A DNA stretch of 64,000 nt, taken from Caldilineaceae bacterium (GTDB taxonomy: Bacteria; Chloroflexota; Anaerolineae; Caldilineales; Caldilineaceae). Shown piece by piece: positions 1 to 9,500 of the stretch (position 1 is the stretch's first letter; every line of letters starts with the position of its first letter). The position numbers and the translations under genes were made by a program. Under the pieces are notes generated by a model. That model saw only the letters and a program-made list of their open reading frames with translations, searched no databases and was not told the origin of the DNA. Location of the stretch: contig JACSRH010000261.1 of NCBI GenBank assembly GCA_014879855.1, positions 27-64,026 on the forward strand, given 5' to 3'.

Positions 1-105
1 CAGAGGCGCAAAGAGGCAGAGGAGCGCAGAGAGAAATGCAAAAAGCCGAGTGAGACCAACTTTTTCTTCTCTGCGAACCTCTGCCCTTCCGCGTCTCAGC
101 GTCAA
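1..105. repeat. GCAGAG-family imperfect inverted-repeat element, truncated by the window edge
   Basis: Left arm ggcagagg/cgcagaga pairs with right arm ctctgcgaacctctgcc. It ends gcgtcaa (99-105), like the element at 21506-21607. The 16-mer ctctgcgaacctctgc (69-84) is identical to 21572-21587. Confidence 0.75.
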
Positions 106-150
106 GATTTGCCCTTTTCAAAGAGCCTCTAAACAATAAAGGAATACGCG

Positions 151-801
151 ATGCGCGTGATTGCAGGCAAGGCCAAAGGCCGAAAACTGAAAATGGTGCC
201 GGGCGAAGGCACACGGCCCATTACCGACCGCGCCAAAGAAGCCCTGTTCAGCATTATGGGCAACTGGATCGAAGAGACCCGCGTGCTCGATCTCTTTGGC
301 GGCACCGGCGGCGTTGGCATCGAATGTCTGAGCCGCGGCGCGGCCTGGGTTGATTTTGTCGATCTCAACCGCAAGGCGGTCGAGACCATCCAGGCCAATG
401 TGCGCCATTGCGGGTTTGAAAGCCAGGTCCGGGTGGAGCGCCTCGACAGTTTTGCCTACCTGCAACGCTATCACGGCCCGCCCTATGATTTGATTTACGT
501 AGCGCCGCCTCAATACCAGGGAATGTGGCTCAAGGCGCTGACACTGGTCGACGACAAACCAGACTTGCTGGCAAAGTTTGGCAGCGTCATCGTGCAGATT
601 CACCCGCGCGAGGAAAGTCCGGTCACGCTCCAGCGGCTCGAAGAGTATGACCGCCGCCGCTATGGCTCGGTGCTGCTGCTCTTTTACGCGGCCGCAGAGG
701 ACCTGGCGGAGAGCGACGCGGACGAGGCATTGGCGCTGGACGACAAAGATGAGGTGGATGCTGACGTGGAGGAAGACGACGAAGACGACGAACGTTACTG
801 A
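151..801 (+). CDS. rsmD: 16S rRNA m2G966 methyltransferase RsmD
   Basis: MRVIAGKAKGRKL, TRPITDRAKEALFS and LDLFGGTGGVGIECLSRGA are RsmD motifs; acidic C-terminal tail. Confidence 0.9.
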   Translation: MRVIAGKAKGRKLKMVPGEGTRPITDRAKEALFSIMGNWIEETRVLDLFGGTGGVGIECLSRGAAWVDFVDLNRKAVETIQANVRHCGFESQVRVERLDSFAYLQRYHGPPYDLIYVAPPQYQGMWLKALTLVDDKPDLLAKFGSVIVQIHPREESPVTLQRLEEYDRRRYGSVLLLFYAAAEDLAESDADEALALDDKDEVDADVEEDDEDDERY

Positions 802-812
802 ATCTGCAATTA

Positions 813-846
813 AAGAGAGGCAGCCGAAACTGGCTGCCTCTTTTTT
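813..846. terminator. Intrinsic terminator, probably bidirectional
   Basis: Stem agaggcagcc / loop gaaact / ggctgcctct, then a T-run, with an A-rich run on the left; lies between convergent genes. Confidence 0.8.
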
Positions 847-865
847 GATTGCGGTGCAGGCTCAC

Positions 866-1735
866 CTATTCAGCCATCGGGACGTAGAGAATCTGCCCTT
901 CGGCGGCGTCGGCGGGCACGGTGACTGCGATCTCCTCATTCAGCGTGGCATGGCCGGCTGGATCGGCCAGCGCAAAGGTGTAGCTGCCAGGCTCCAGATT
1001 TTCCACGAGCACGCCGGCGTCGCTGGAGGTGAATTCACCCACCGCGTTGCCTTCGGCGTCCGTCACGTTCAGAACCACCCCGGTGAGGTTGCCTTCGGCG
1101 TCATCCATCACCGCGTTGCCGTTGGCGTCCACAAAGAAAAGCACGGCGACGGCGTCCGCGGGCACAGCCGGATCGCTCACCAGCAGCGGCCTGGTGGCAA
1201 TGGCGGCGGGGGCGGTGGACGACTGCGCCGCGGTGGCCGGTGCTGCGGTGGGGCCATCCAGCTTGCGCATCGAGACCAGCGCCTGATCCAGTGCGCCGAC
1301 AAAGGTGTCAAATTTATCGCCAGTGACTGCCAGCGCGGCGACCGCGGTCTCCAGGCTGTTGACGGCGCCGGATTGCGTCTCGAGCTGAACCAGCGTGTTA
1401 TCGACCTGACTGCGGGCCGCCGCCAGTTGGTCGCGCACATCCGTCACCTGGCTGGCGACTGTGTCGACATTCTGGCTGACCGCGCCGACGTTTTCATTGA
1501 CGCGCGCCAGGTTGGCTTCCATGACGGCCAGACGTTCGGGATGGGTGAAGTTGAGCGTGCCGCCGTTGATGATCGCCAGCACGAGCAAAGTCGCCAACAT
1601 GCCCAGCACCGCGCCGCCGATGGCGGCAAAGAACATGGAGAGCGAATCCTGCGACGCGGCTTTATATTCCAACTCCGGCGCGGCGGGCTTGCGTTCGCCG
1701 CTCTTCATTTCAAGGGATTCATTCTGTACACTCAT
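866..1735 (-). CDS. Membrane-anchored surface protein: TM helix, coiled coil, SdrD-B/Cna-B-like domain
   Basis: Hydrophobic segment [22 protein letters not shown]; heptad-rich middle; Ala/Pro linker; [14 protein letters not shown]...[11 protein letters not shown] fits an SdrD B-like Ig fold. Confidence 0.65.
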   Translation of the reverse strand: MSVQNESLEMKSGERKPAAPELEYKAASQDSLSMFFAAIGGAVLGMLATLLVLAIINGGTLNFTHPERLAVMEANLARVNENVGAVSQNVDTVASQVTDVRDQLAAARSQVDNTLVQLETQSGAVNSLETAVAALAVTGDKFDTFVGALDQALVSMRKLDGPTAAPATAAQSSTAPAAIATRPLLVSDPAVPADAVAVLFFVDANGNAVMDDAEGNLTGVVLNVTDAEGNAVGEFTSSDAGVLVENLEPGSYTFALADPAGHATLNEEIAVTVPADAAEGQILYVPMAE

Positions 1736-1970
1736 AATGCTCCTTCATAGGTTATTGTTTTTGTTACTCATACCATTCTACAGTCGCACTATACCACAAT
1801 CCTGGTGCGCACTTTTGTTTATCTTCTTACACGCTTCCGAACATGCATGCCATAATAGCGCAAAGTTCCAAGTGCATCGGTAATCACCGCTCCTTGCCGT
1901 CCAGCGTATCTAACGGCGAGAGGTTATCTGTATCCTTCTTGCTTTTGTGTCTTGAAATGCGGTTGACAAG

Positions 1971-2477
1971 CTATTGCGGCACGTAGTTCACACTGCTGGT
2001 AAGAAGGATTTTGTCAAAAACGAATCCATCTTCACGCATCCAAATATCAATTTCTTGAAACGGACTACTAGCGGGATTTTGACCAGCTCTTGTGTTTATA
2101 TTATGGCTATAAAAATGTACTACGGGATTTGAAGTTGGTTCAAGAGGATTCTGCCGATTCCAATATAACCTTGAGCGAACTTGGATAGATGCCGCTTTTA
2201 AAGTAGTAAAAGGGATGCCTGAAGGAACTCCTAGAGCACTTGGAGGCCACCATTCTAATGGAATTGTGTCTTTGGTAGCTGTATTGATAGAAGAGAAGCC
2301 AAATGTATAATTGGGATTATTGCAACCAGATGGCACGCGCATTCTTATTGGATCGTTTAAACCAATTTGTGCATTGGCAGTATCTGCCCCAATTAAAAAT
2401 AGGATGATGGCAACTAAACAGGCTGTGATGAAGCTGTAACGGAAGTGAAATGCATCGTTGTTAATTAGGTGAAGCAT
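1971..2477 (-). CDS. Secreted hypothetical protein, possibly a remnant of a SpoIID/LytB-like protein
   Basis: Signal peptide ending DTANA; KDTIPLEW...LKAASIQVRS resembles a SpoIID core; C-terminal IWMREDGFVFDKILLT is a beta-sandwich motif. Confidence 0.45.
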   Translation of the reverse strand: MLHLINNDAFHFRYSFITACLVAIILFLIGADTANAQIGLNDPIRMRVPSGCNNPNYTFGFSSINTATKDTIPLEWWPPSALGVPSGIPFTTLKAASIQVRSRLYWNRQNPLEPTSNPVVHFYSHNINTRAGQNPASSPFQEIDIWMREDGFVFDKILLTSSVNYVPQ

Positions 2478-2497
2478 ACTTCTTCTTCCTCCTGAAT

Positions 2498-3940
2498 TTA
2501 TCGTGTGAGGTTGATAAGCTCAAAGATTACGCCTGTCGAGTCAGAGCTAGAGCGAACCACTGCATAAGATCCTGAGGGAGAAATGGAAATCAAATCGGCG
2601 TCACTTATTGCTTTCCAGAATCTGCCGTCTTTCGTAGTAGCAAGAGTATAACTTTCTAACCGGTCTTCCGTTCCAGATTTAACCCAGTCACTACTAGCTA
2701 CCATAAATAAGATCACCTGATCATCAAAGGCCCAGGACGGCGTAGAAAAACCACCTTGCATGCCATCAACATTGAAGCCCAGATCTTTTTTTGATATCAG
2801 GTTTGTTGTTGCTTTAGTATCAGACTCATATACAAAGAGTCCTTGTGGCGTTGTATAAGCGATTGATTTCCCATCTCCGCTCCATGCTACATTATGCGGA
2901 GTGTCAATTTTCTCAATCTGCCCTTCGAGTTTATTGTCAGCAAGATTTACAATATATGCTGGTTGATTTGCCGACATAACTATCACTCGCTCTCCAGTTG
3001 GATCTATCAAAAAAGCTGGATCTGCTTCATTGAGCATTTGCTCTTGTGAGTCTACAGATATTCCGACAACTTGTGAAATATCCGTAATAGGCGCCGGTTG
3101 AACGTCTTGTTTGGTAATTTCGCTCAATTCATTCAGGGTGGGAAACAAGACCAGGCGATGAAGATTGTTGAGGGCGAGCAAATTTTCTTTATTGGTTTGG
3201 GCATGTTGCTGTATGGGCCGATATGGGGGAATTACATCTCTAAGCAACACTTCGTCTTTTGCCTCGTCAATGAATCCATTCACCAGATCGTAATGGCTTC
3301 TGCTCCATCCGCTTTCCAAAACTACAAGCGGCTCTTCTATGCGTTGTTTGAGATAAATAATTGATTTACCATCGCGACTCCAAACAGGATAAGAGGCGTT
3401 TTCCCTCCATAACGAAATTTTCGCAGTTTGAATGTCCCCAATATATATCTGATTGACATATTCACCGTCAAATACATTTGCATACTCGCCTACGAATTGA
3501 CTGTGATCCGGTGACCACGAGATGTTTCCAAAAAATGGGGAGTCCCCTTTGGGAAAATCTAGTTGACTCACGATTTCAAATTTAATACTGTCTAGCTCTG
3601 GAGAGACTGGATCGAAACTTGGAATGGGAACAGGCTGAACAGGTACAATGTTGAATGGTTCAGGCTCATCAGGATTAGCTACTTCGTCCGTTTGTGTTTC
3701 ATCTGATGGAGTGGAGGTTATCGAATTGCTCAATTCGACCGAACTATTTTCATTGCTCTCGTTACCAGAAACAATCGGCAGAAAGATATCACTGGGTGGC
3801 GTAGCTTCAGCGTCAGCGAAGGGGGCTCCTGTACCGACCGTACTTTGTCGCAAACTTGAACGAGGCAGAGAAAACAAGGCAAAAAATAATGGTAAGAGAA
3901 TCATTACTCCTGAAAGTAGACCTACAACTTTTCGTAGCAT
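2498..3940 (-). CDS. Membrane-anchored TolB/WD40-like beta-propeller protein
   Basis: N-terminal hydrophobic helix, DIFLPIV motif, repeated blades SWSPDHSQF, PVWSRDGKSI, AWSGDGKSIAY, PSWAFDDQ; RBS aggagg upstream. Confidence 0.7.
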   Translation of the reverse strand: MLRKVVGLLSGVMILLPLFFALFSLPRSSLRQSTVGTGAPFADAEATPPSDIFLPIVSGNESNENSSVELSNSITSTPSDETQTDEVANPDEPEPFNIVPVQPVPIPSFDPVSPELDSIKFEIVSQLDFPKGDSPFFGNISWSPDHSQFVGEYANVFDGEYVNQIYIGDIQTAKISLWRENASYPVWSRDGKSIIYLKQRIEEPLVVLESGWSRSHYDLVNGFIDEAKDEVLLRDVIPPYRPIQQHAQTNKENLLALNNLHRLVLFPTLNELSEITKQDVQPAPITDISQVVGISVDSQEQMLNEADPAFLIDPTGERVIVMSANQPAYIVNLADNKLEGQIEKIDTPHNVAWSGDGKSIAYTTPQGLFVYESDTKATTNLISKKDLGFNVDGMQGGFSTPSWAFDDQVILFMVASSDWVKSGTEDRLESYTLATTKDGRFWKAISDADLISISPSGSYAVVRSSSDSTGVIFELINLTR

Positions 3941-4106
3941 ATAGTTCCTCCTGCGTTTTACTGAGTTCTAGATTGGCAGCTAATGTCACCTAATATTCCG
4001 TGTTGCACAGTCAATCCCGTTGCGCAGCACATAACACGGAACATCGACAGCATTAAAAGTCAACCTAACGAAAAGTTAGCCTAGCCAATAATAGTTTATC
4101 GGCAGG

Positions 4107-5423
4107 ATGCAACGTGCGTCAAGCCGGTTGAGGTTACAATTGCACGACGATTCTCGGACGTTCTCACTGCAACATCCGCCTGCACAACCCGTTCAGGCAG
4201 CCAGCGCCGCGACTCAGTCAGAATTGGCTGCGCTTGAATTTATCCTTTCGCCTGCGGCCGCGCCACTCTTGGCGGAATTGGCGCAGGCGCCGCTCGACGA
4301 GACGCACACGCTGACGCTGCTCACGCATCTGCGGCGGACGCTGGCGCCAGAACTGGCCACCGCCTTGTTGACGCAAGCGCGTCTGCGCCGCCGTGCACAG
4401 GCCAAATTCACCGCGGCCGCACGCATGGTCTTCACCGCTGAGGCGCTGGAGCAAGCCACGGCCGAGGCGCCCGCGGCGCAGCGCGCCGCGCAGCTTGACG
4501 CGTGGGCAGGCGAGGGGCGCTTGCTCGACCTCGGCTGTGGCATCGGCGGCGATCTGGTGGCGCTGGCGCAGCGCCGCGAGGTGGTCGCTTATGAGCTGGA
4601 CCCAGTGCGCGCCCGCTGTGCACAGCACAATGTCGCCGTGCATGGGGTGGCTGCCCGCGTGACCGTGCACGTTGCCGACTGGACGCAGGCGCTTGCCGGC
4701 GGAAAGTTACCCCACGCGGCCGCCGCTTTTATCGACCCCGCGCGGCGCAGCGGCGGCCGGCGCACCTTCAGCCTGCACACCATGCAGCCGCCGCTTGGCG
4801 AAATTCTCAAGCTGCGAGACTCTATCCCGCTGCTGGCGGTCAAGGTCATGCCGGGCGTGGACACCGCGGAACTTCCTGCGGGCTGCAACGTTGAGTTTGT
4901 CAGCCACGCGGGGACGTGCAAGGAAGCGGTGCTCTGGTTTGGGCGCGAGGATGCGCCCCCGCGCTGGGCGTCGGTGCAGCGCGCGGATGGCTGGCACACG
5001 CTGCCCAACGACGGGACGCCGCCGCCGGTTGGTGAACTGGCGCCCGGCATGGTGTTGTATGAGCCTGACCCGGCGGTCATCCGCGCCGGCGCGCTGACGC
5101 CGCTGTGCATACGAGTCCGCGGTCACTTGTTTGCACCGGACATTGCCTACATCGTCGCGCCGGCTTGGCGCGATGAGCCGCTGGCACAGGCCTTCGCCAT
5201 TGACGAGATGCATCGCTTCAGCCTCAAGCTGCTCAACCAGCGCTTGGCAACGCTGGGCGTGGGTCAGATCGAGCTGCTCAAGCGCGGCTTCCCGGAGGAG
5301 CCAGAAGCATTGCGGCCGCGGCTGCGCTTAACGCCCGGCGGCGCGGCCGGCGTGGTGATCTTCACCCGTCGCGGCGACGCCCACTGGATGCTGATCGGCC
5401 GCCGGCTCTCTAGATTTCAGTAA
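4107..5423 (+). CDS. Class I SAM-dependent methyltransferase with THUMP-like C-terminal domain (start uncertain)
   Basis: [10 protein letters not shown] (motif I), [22 protein letters not shown]. Confidence 0.75.
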   Translation: MQRASSRLRLQLHDDSRTFSLQHPPAQPVQAASAATQSELAALEFILSPAAAPLLAELAQAPLDETHTLTLLTHLRRTLAPELATALLTQARLRRRAQAKFTAAARMVFTAEALEQATAEAPAAQRAAQLDAWAGEGRLLDLGCGIGGDLVALAQRREVVAYELDPVRARCAQHNVAVHGVAARVTVHVADWTQALAGGKLPHAAAAFIDPARRSGGRRTFSLHTMQPPLGEILKLRDSIPLLAVKVMPGVDTAELPAGCNVEFVSHAGTCKEAVLWFGREDAPPRWASVQRADGWHTLPNDGTPPPVGELAPGMVLYEPDPAVIRAGALTPLCIRVRGHLFAPDIAYIVAPAWRDEPLAQAFAIDEMHRFSLKLLNQRLATLGVGQIELLKRGFPEEPEALRPRLRLTPGGAAGVVIFTRRGDAHWMLIGRRLSRFQ

Positions 5424-5489
5424 GCATACAACCTTCCGAGAGGGGGCGTGTTCGATGTTGGACTGCTACACAGCCATCGCAAAAACAGA

Positions 5490-5583
5490 CCACGGATGGG
5501 GAGGATCAGGCGGATTCTCACAGATTTCACCTGAAAGTATCTGGCGTTGTCCGTCTAACCCGTCTAATCCGTCTAATCCGCGG
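5490..5583. repeat. Intergenic hairpin element with 9-bp tandem repeats
   Basis: Three ccgtctaa(c/t) units at 5551-5577; left arm ccacggat...ggcggatt is complementary to aatccgtc/atccgcgg. Confidence 0.65.
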
Positions 5584-5653
5584 GCTATAGACATTCCGAA
5601 CAGTGTTGATACGGTGAAAGGCGCCTGATGGTGCCATGAGCGGGGAGGAGCGT

Positions 5654-6148
5654 ATGGTCACCCAGGAAGAACTCGTCAAACTAGCGCGCAACGTAGGGGA
5701 AAAGCTGGCGCGGCGCAAGCTGATGTGCGCCACCGCCGAAAGCTGCACTGGCGGGCTGATCGGTCACATCATCACGGAGAATGCCGGCAGTTCGGCCTAT
5801 TTTGCCGGCGCGGCGGTCGTCTACAGCTATGCGGCCAAAGAGCGGCTGCTTGGCGTCGATCACGAGCAATTAATCCGCGAAGGCGCGGTCTCGGCGGCGG
5901 TGGCGCAGCAGATGGCGCAAGGGGCAGTGACGTTATTCGGCGCTGATGTAGCGGTCAGCGTAACCGGCATTGCAGGGCCGGGCGGCGGCCTGCCCGGCAA
6001 GCCGACCGGCACAGTCTATCTCCACCTCAGCGCGGCCGACGGATACGAACGCGGCGCCCATCACGTCTGGGAGGCAGACCGCAGCGGCAACAAGCTGTTG
6101 AGCGCCCAGGTCGCGCTGCGGATGCTGCTCGACTACCTGGATGCGTAG
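5654..6148 (+). CDS. pncC: CinA C-terminal family NMN amidohydrolase (PncC)
   Basis: [37 protein letters not shown]; RBS ggaggag before ATG 5654. Confidence 0.85.
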   Translation: MVTQEELVKLARNVGEKLARRKLMCATAESCTGGLIGHIITENAGSSAYFAGAAVVYSYAAKERLLGVDHEQLIREGAVSAAVAQQMAQGAVTLFGADVAVSVTGIAGPGGGLPGKPTGTVYLHLSAADGYERGAHHVWEADRSGNKLLSAQVALRMLLDYLDA

Positions 6149-6169
6149 GGGTGGGGTAGAATGGAGGCC

Positions 6170-6200
6170 GGAGATTGGAGATGGGGAGATTGGAGATTGA
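6170..6200. repeat. GAGATTG heptamer repeat (single arm)
   Basis: ggagattggagatggggagattggagattga; same unit as 26792-26882 and 36783-36862. Confidence 0.65.
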
Positions 6201-6252
6201 GGAAAGGCGTCCTCAGTTTCCAGCCTGGTATAGAAATTGCGAGTAATACAGC

Positions 6253-6522
6253 ATGGCCAAAGAAGTTTTAGTCAAAGAAGCGGTGGACACGCTGATCCGC
6301 GTGATGTCAGACGGCAAGGTGCAACCCACATCGTTTGTCTGGCGCGACCGCACCCGCTATGTCGCTGATCTAGGGCGACAGTGGGAGGAGCGCGTTGATG
6401 GCAAGCTGGTGCACTGCTATCTGATCCAGTCGGTGGATCAGAACACCTATGAATTACACTGGGACGCCGGCGAAAATCGCTGGACGCTGCATCGCGCCTG
6501 GTTGCGCGATCTCGTCGTGTAA
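6253..6522 (+). CDS. Small hypothetical beta-rich protein (DUF6504-like)
   Basis: QPTSFVWRDRTRYVADLGRQWEE...YELHWDAGENRWTL; in operon orientation with its neighbours. Confidence 0.6.
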   Translation: MAKEVLVKEAVDTLIRVMSDGKVQPTSFVWRDRTRYVADLGRQWEERVDGKLVHCYLIQSVDQNTYELHWDAGENRWTLHRAWLRDLVV

Positions 6523-6555
6523 AGCACAAGGATAGCCGTGTAAAGCACAAGGATA
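6516..6555. repeat. 19-bp direct repeat with a 21-bp period
   Basis: cgtgtaaagcacaaggata at 6516-6534 and 6537-6555. Confidence 0.85.
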
Positions 6556-6568
6556 AAGGTGATGCCGG

Positions 6569-7321
6569 ATGGCTGAACGTCTAGCTGTGCCTACCGTTTC
6601 AACCGAGCAGATGCAGGAAATCGACCGCCTCATGGTCGAGGTCTACACCATCGATTTGCTCCAGATGATGGAGAATGCAGGTCGCAGCCTGGCAATACTG
6701 GCGCGCGCGCTGCTCGGCGGCGAGGTGACCGACCGCCCGATCGTGGTGCTGGCGGGGCGGGGCAATAATGGCGGCGGCGGGCTGGTCGCGGCGCGCCACC
6801 TGCTCAACTGGGGTGCGTGGGTGCAGATCGTGTGCAGCTATCCGCCCGCAGCCTATCAAGGCGCGCCCGCGCGCCAGTTGCAGATTCTACAGGCAATGGG
6901 CGCTCCGTTGGCCTGGGCCGAAGAAGGGTGGGAGCTGCCGCCCGCGGACCTGTTGATCGATGCCATCATCGGCTACGGGCTGCGCGGCGACCCGCGCGGC
7001 GCCGCGCGCAATTTGATCCAGCTTGCGAACAGCAGCGCCGCGCCTATCCTGAGCCTGGACGCGCCGAGCGGGGTGGACAGCACAGAAGGCCGCGTATTTG
7101 CGCCGCACATTCAGGCCGCGGCGACGCTGACATTGGCGCTGCCCAAAACTGGCTTTCGCCAACCAGCCGCGGCGGCCGCATGTGGTGCGCTTCACCTCGC
7201 CGACATCAGCGCGCCCGCCGCGCTGTACGAGCAGCTTGGCATTGCGATGCCGCTGCTCTTTGGCCGCGCCAACCTCATTGCGCTGGCAGTGGAGGACGGT
7301 GAGATCTGGGCGGAGGCTTGA
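6569..7321 (+). CDS. nnrE: NAD(P)H-hydrate epimerase (stand-alone YjeF_N)
   Basis: LMMENAG-like [35 protein letters not shown]. Confidence 0.85.
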   Translation: MAERLAVPTVSTEQMQEIDRLMVEVYTIDLLQMMENAGRSLAILARALLGGEVTDRPIVVLAGRGNNGGGGLVAARHLLNWGAWVQIVCSYPPAAYQGAPARQLQILQAMGAPLAWAEEGWELPPADLLIDAIIGYGLRGDPRGAARNLIQLANSSAAPILSLDAPSGVDSTEGRVFAPHIQAAATLTLALPKTGFRQPAAAAACGALHLADISAPAALYEQLGIAMPLLFGRANLIALAVEDGEIWAEA

Positions 7322-7322
7322 C

Positions 7323-7832
7323 ATGGCCGATTTCAGCGTGCTCTACTTGCTTGGCTACGCCCTCATCCTGCTGGGTCTGGTCGGCGCTGTTTTGCCACTT
7401 GTGCCTGGCCCGCTGCTGATCTGGCTGGGCGCCTTCGTCTGGGCCTGGGGTGACGGTTTTGTGCGCGTCAACTGGGTCGTGCTGGCGGTGTTAGGTGTGC
7501 TGGCCGCGCTGGCCTGGGCGTCGGACATCCTGCTGACGACAGCAATGAGCCGTCGCTCTGGCGTCAGTTGGAAGGCAATTGGCGGCGCCATGATGGGCGG
7601 GCTGGTCGGTGGGCTGCTGCTCGTTGAGGTTCCGATCATCGGCGTCCTCTTTGGCGCGCTGGTCGGCGCTATGCTCGGCATGTTGGTGGTGGAATGGTTC
7701 GACAAGCGCAACCTGCACCGGGCGCTGCGAGCTACGTGGAGCTATCTGGTCAACTCGCTGGCCGCGTCGGCGCTGGAAATCGTCATTGCCGTGGCGATGA
7801 TCAGCATTTTTGTCTGGCAGACATGGTCGTAG
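7323..7832 (+). CDS. DUF456 family membrane protein
   Basis: GLVGAVLPLVPGPLLIW and a GAMMGGLVG...GALVGAMLG glycine-rich TM pattern; ATG 7323 follows the nnrE stop. Confidence 0.75.
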   Translation: MADFSVLYLLGYALILLGLVGAVLPLVPGPLLIWLGAFVWAWGDGFVRVNWVVLAVLGVLAALAWASDILLTTAMSRRSGVSWKAIGGAMMGGLVGGLLLVEVPIIGVLFGALVGAMLGMLVVEWFDKRNLHRALRATWSYLVNSLAASALEIVIAVAMISIFVWQTWS

Positions 7833-7847
7833 GATGATGAACACCTC

Positions 7848-8498
7848 ATGCGCGCACTGATTGCGGTCAACGGCGTTATCGAAGATTACACCGCCATTGC
7901 CAGGCGCCTGCACGCTGACGATCTGCTGATCGGCGCTGACGGGGGCGCGGCGCACTGGCTGGCCATGGGGCGCCGGCCACAGCTCGTGGTCGGCGATCTC
8001 GACAGCTTGCCCGCTGCAATGGTCGATGACTTCATTGCTCAGGGCGTTCAAGTGGAGCGTCACCCGCGCGAGAAGGACCAGACTGATCTTGAACTCGCCA
8101 TCGAACGGGCGCTTGCCCACGGCGCCAGCGAGGTGTTGCTGATCGGTGCGCTGGGTGGGCGGTTGGATCAGACGCTGGCAAATTTGTTGATCCTGGCGCA
8201 GCGGGCGTGGGCGACGCCGGTGCGCATCATGGAGGGCGACCAGCTTGCCGAAATCCTGCGCGGCCCAGGGGCGCTGGACCTGCACGGGCCGCGCGGCGGC
8301 ACGGTTAGCCTGATCCCGTTGAGCGAAACCGTGCGCGGCATCACCTACACCGGGCTGCGGTATCCGCTCGACGACGCCACATTGCCCTTTGGCAGCACGC
8401 GCGGGGTCAGCAATGAATTTCTCACCTCGCCTGCTACAATTACAATTCAGGCGGGCATGGCGTTGGTGATCCACACTGTGGCTGACGCCGCGCCGTAG
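7848..8498 (+). CDS. thiN: Thiamine diphosphokinase
   Basis: [37 protein letters not shown]. Confidence 0.9.
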   Translation: MRALIAVNGVIEDYTAIARRLHADDLLIGADGGAAHWLAMGRRPQLVVGDLDSLPAAMVDDFIAQGVQVERHPREKDQTDLELAIERALAHGASEVLLIGALGGRLDQTLANLLILAQRAWATPVRIMEGDQLAEILRGPGALDLHGPRGGTVSLIPLSETVRGITYTGLRYPLDDATLPFGSTRGVSNEFLTSPATITIQAGMALVIHTVADAAP

Positions 8499-8523
8499 CC
8501 ACACCGCGGGCTGATCGCCCGAC

Positions 8524-9282
8524 CTACTGATTCTGCTCCGCAGCTACAGGCGCACTGAGCTGCCGGGCACGGTTTGACAGAATTGCCAGCGCCGCGGCGG
8601 AGAGCAACGTCAACGCAAGGCCGATAAGCTGGCTGGTGCGAAATCCTGCGGTCACCGCGCTGTTGGCGGCAAACGCATCGGCGATCAAGAGGACGAGACC
8701 GGTCGCCAACCCGGCATGGCCGATGGACGCCCCCGGCGCCCGCGGATCGCTCAGCCCCCAGACAACAGCGATGCTCACCAGAAAGCCGACCGCGCGATAG
8801 AGTGCGGCCGGATGCTGCATGGCCCCATAGTAGGGTCGCGCCCACGGCAGATCGCTGGGGAGGCCGAGTATGGCGCCTGTCAGATAGTCCGCTATGGAGA
8901 TGACGTTGGCAGCCATCAGAAATCCGACCGCAAACGCGGCGACGATGCGCGTCGGGCTGAGCGCGTGGCGCAACAGGTAGGCGTAGGCTGTCACGCCCGC
9001 GGCGAGCAAGCCGGGCCAGAACGCAAAGCCGCTGGGACGCAAGCTGACGATCAACGTCGGCTCCGCTGCATAGACATACCAGAACTGAAAGACGTTCCAT
9101 AGCCTTGCCACGATCAGCCCGGCCAGCACCGCGAGCAGGCCGGTGTTCCAGACATCGTCCGTGCGCAGGCCAAGGCGGCGGCCAAAGCGACCGGCGATTT
9201 CCAAGCCAAGAAAGACGGCCAGCATCGCAAAGATCGGGCCGGTGGGCAGGGTGACGGGGCCAAAAGGCAGTGCTGGATACAT
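8524..9282 (-). CDS. Lgt-family membrane protein with degenerate active site
   Basis: Lgt layout ([20 protein letters not shown]), but the GRxGNFxNGE and RFxxEFxR motifs are absent. Confidence 0.65.
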   Translation of the reverse strand: MYPALPFGPVTLPTGPIFAMLAVFLGLEIAGRFGRRLGLRTDDVWNTGLLAVLAGLIVARLWNVFQFWYVYAAEPTLIVSLRPSGFAFWPGLLAAGVTAYAYLLRHALSPTRIVAAFAVGFLMAANVISIADYLTGAILGLPSDLPWARPYYGAMQHPAALYRAVGFLVSIAVVWGLSDPRAPGASIGHAGLATGLVLLIADAFAANSAVTAGFRTSQLIGLALTLLSAAALAILSNRARQLSAPVAAEQNQ

Positions 9283-9500
9283 TGTCAGCAGACTCTAATC
9301 TTTCTGACGAACGAAGTCATGTACACTGAAAGGAAGGAGCAAATTGCGAGGGGCGAGGAGCGGGCCGCTCGATGATCGGGCTGCTTCTTGTTTGCAAGAT
9401 GCGCGCTAATGTCTGTGTAGCGTTGCCACATGAAAGATCACTCTTATTGAGAGCTCCCCGACTTAGGGAAGCTGATGAAATCAAAAAGGATAATGAGCGT

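Larger units (their letters stand above)
1750..4100. other. AT-rich islet with two secreted/membrane protein genes
   Basis: Sampled lines are about 37-38% GC (2041-2100, 3001-3060) versus about 73% at 4501-4560. Confidence 0.7.
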
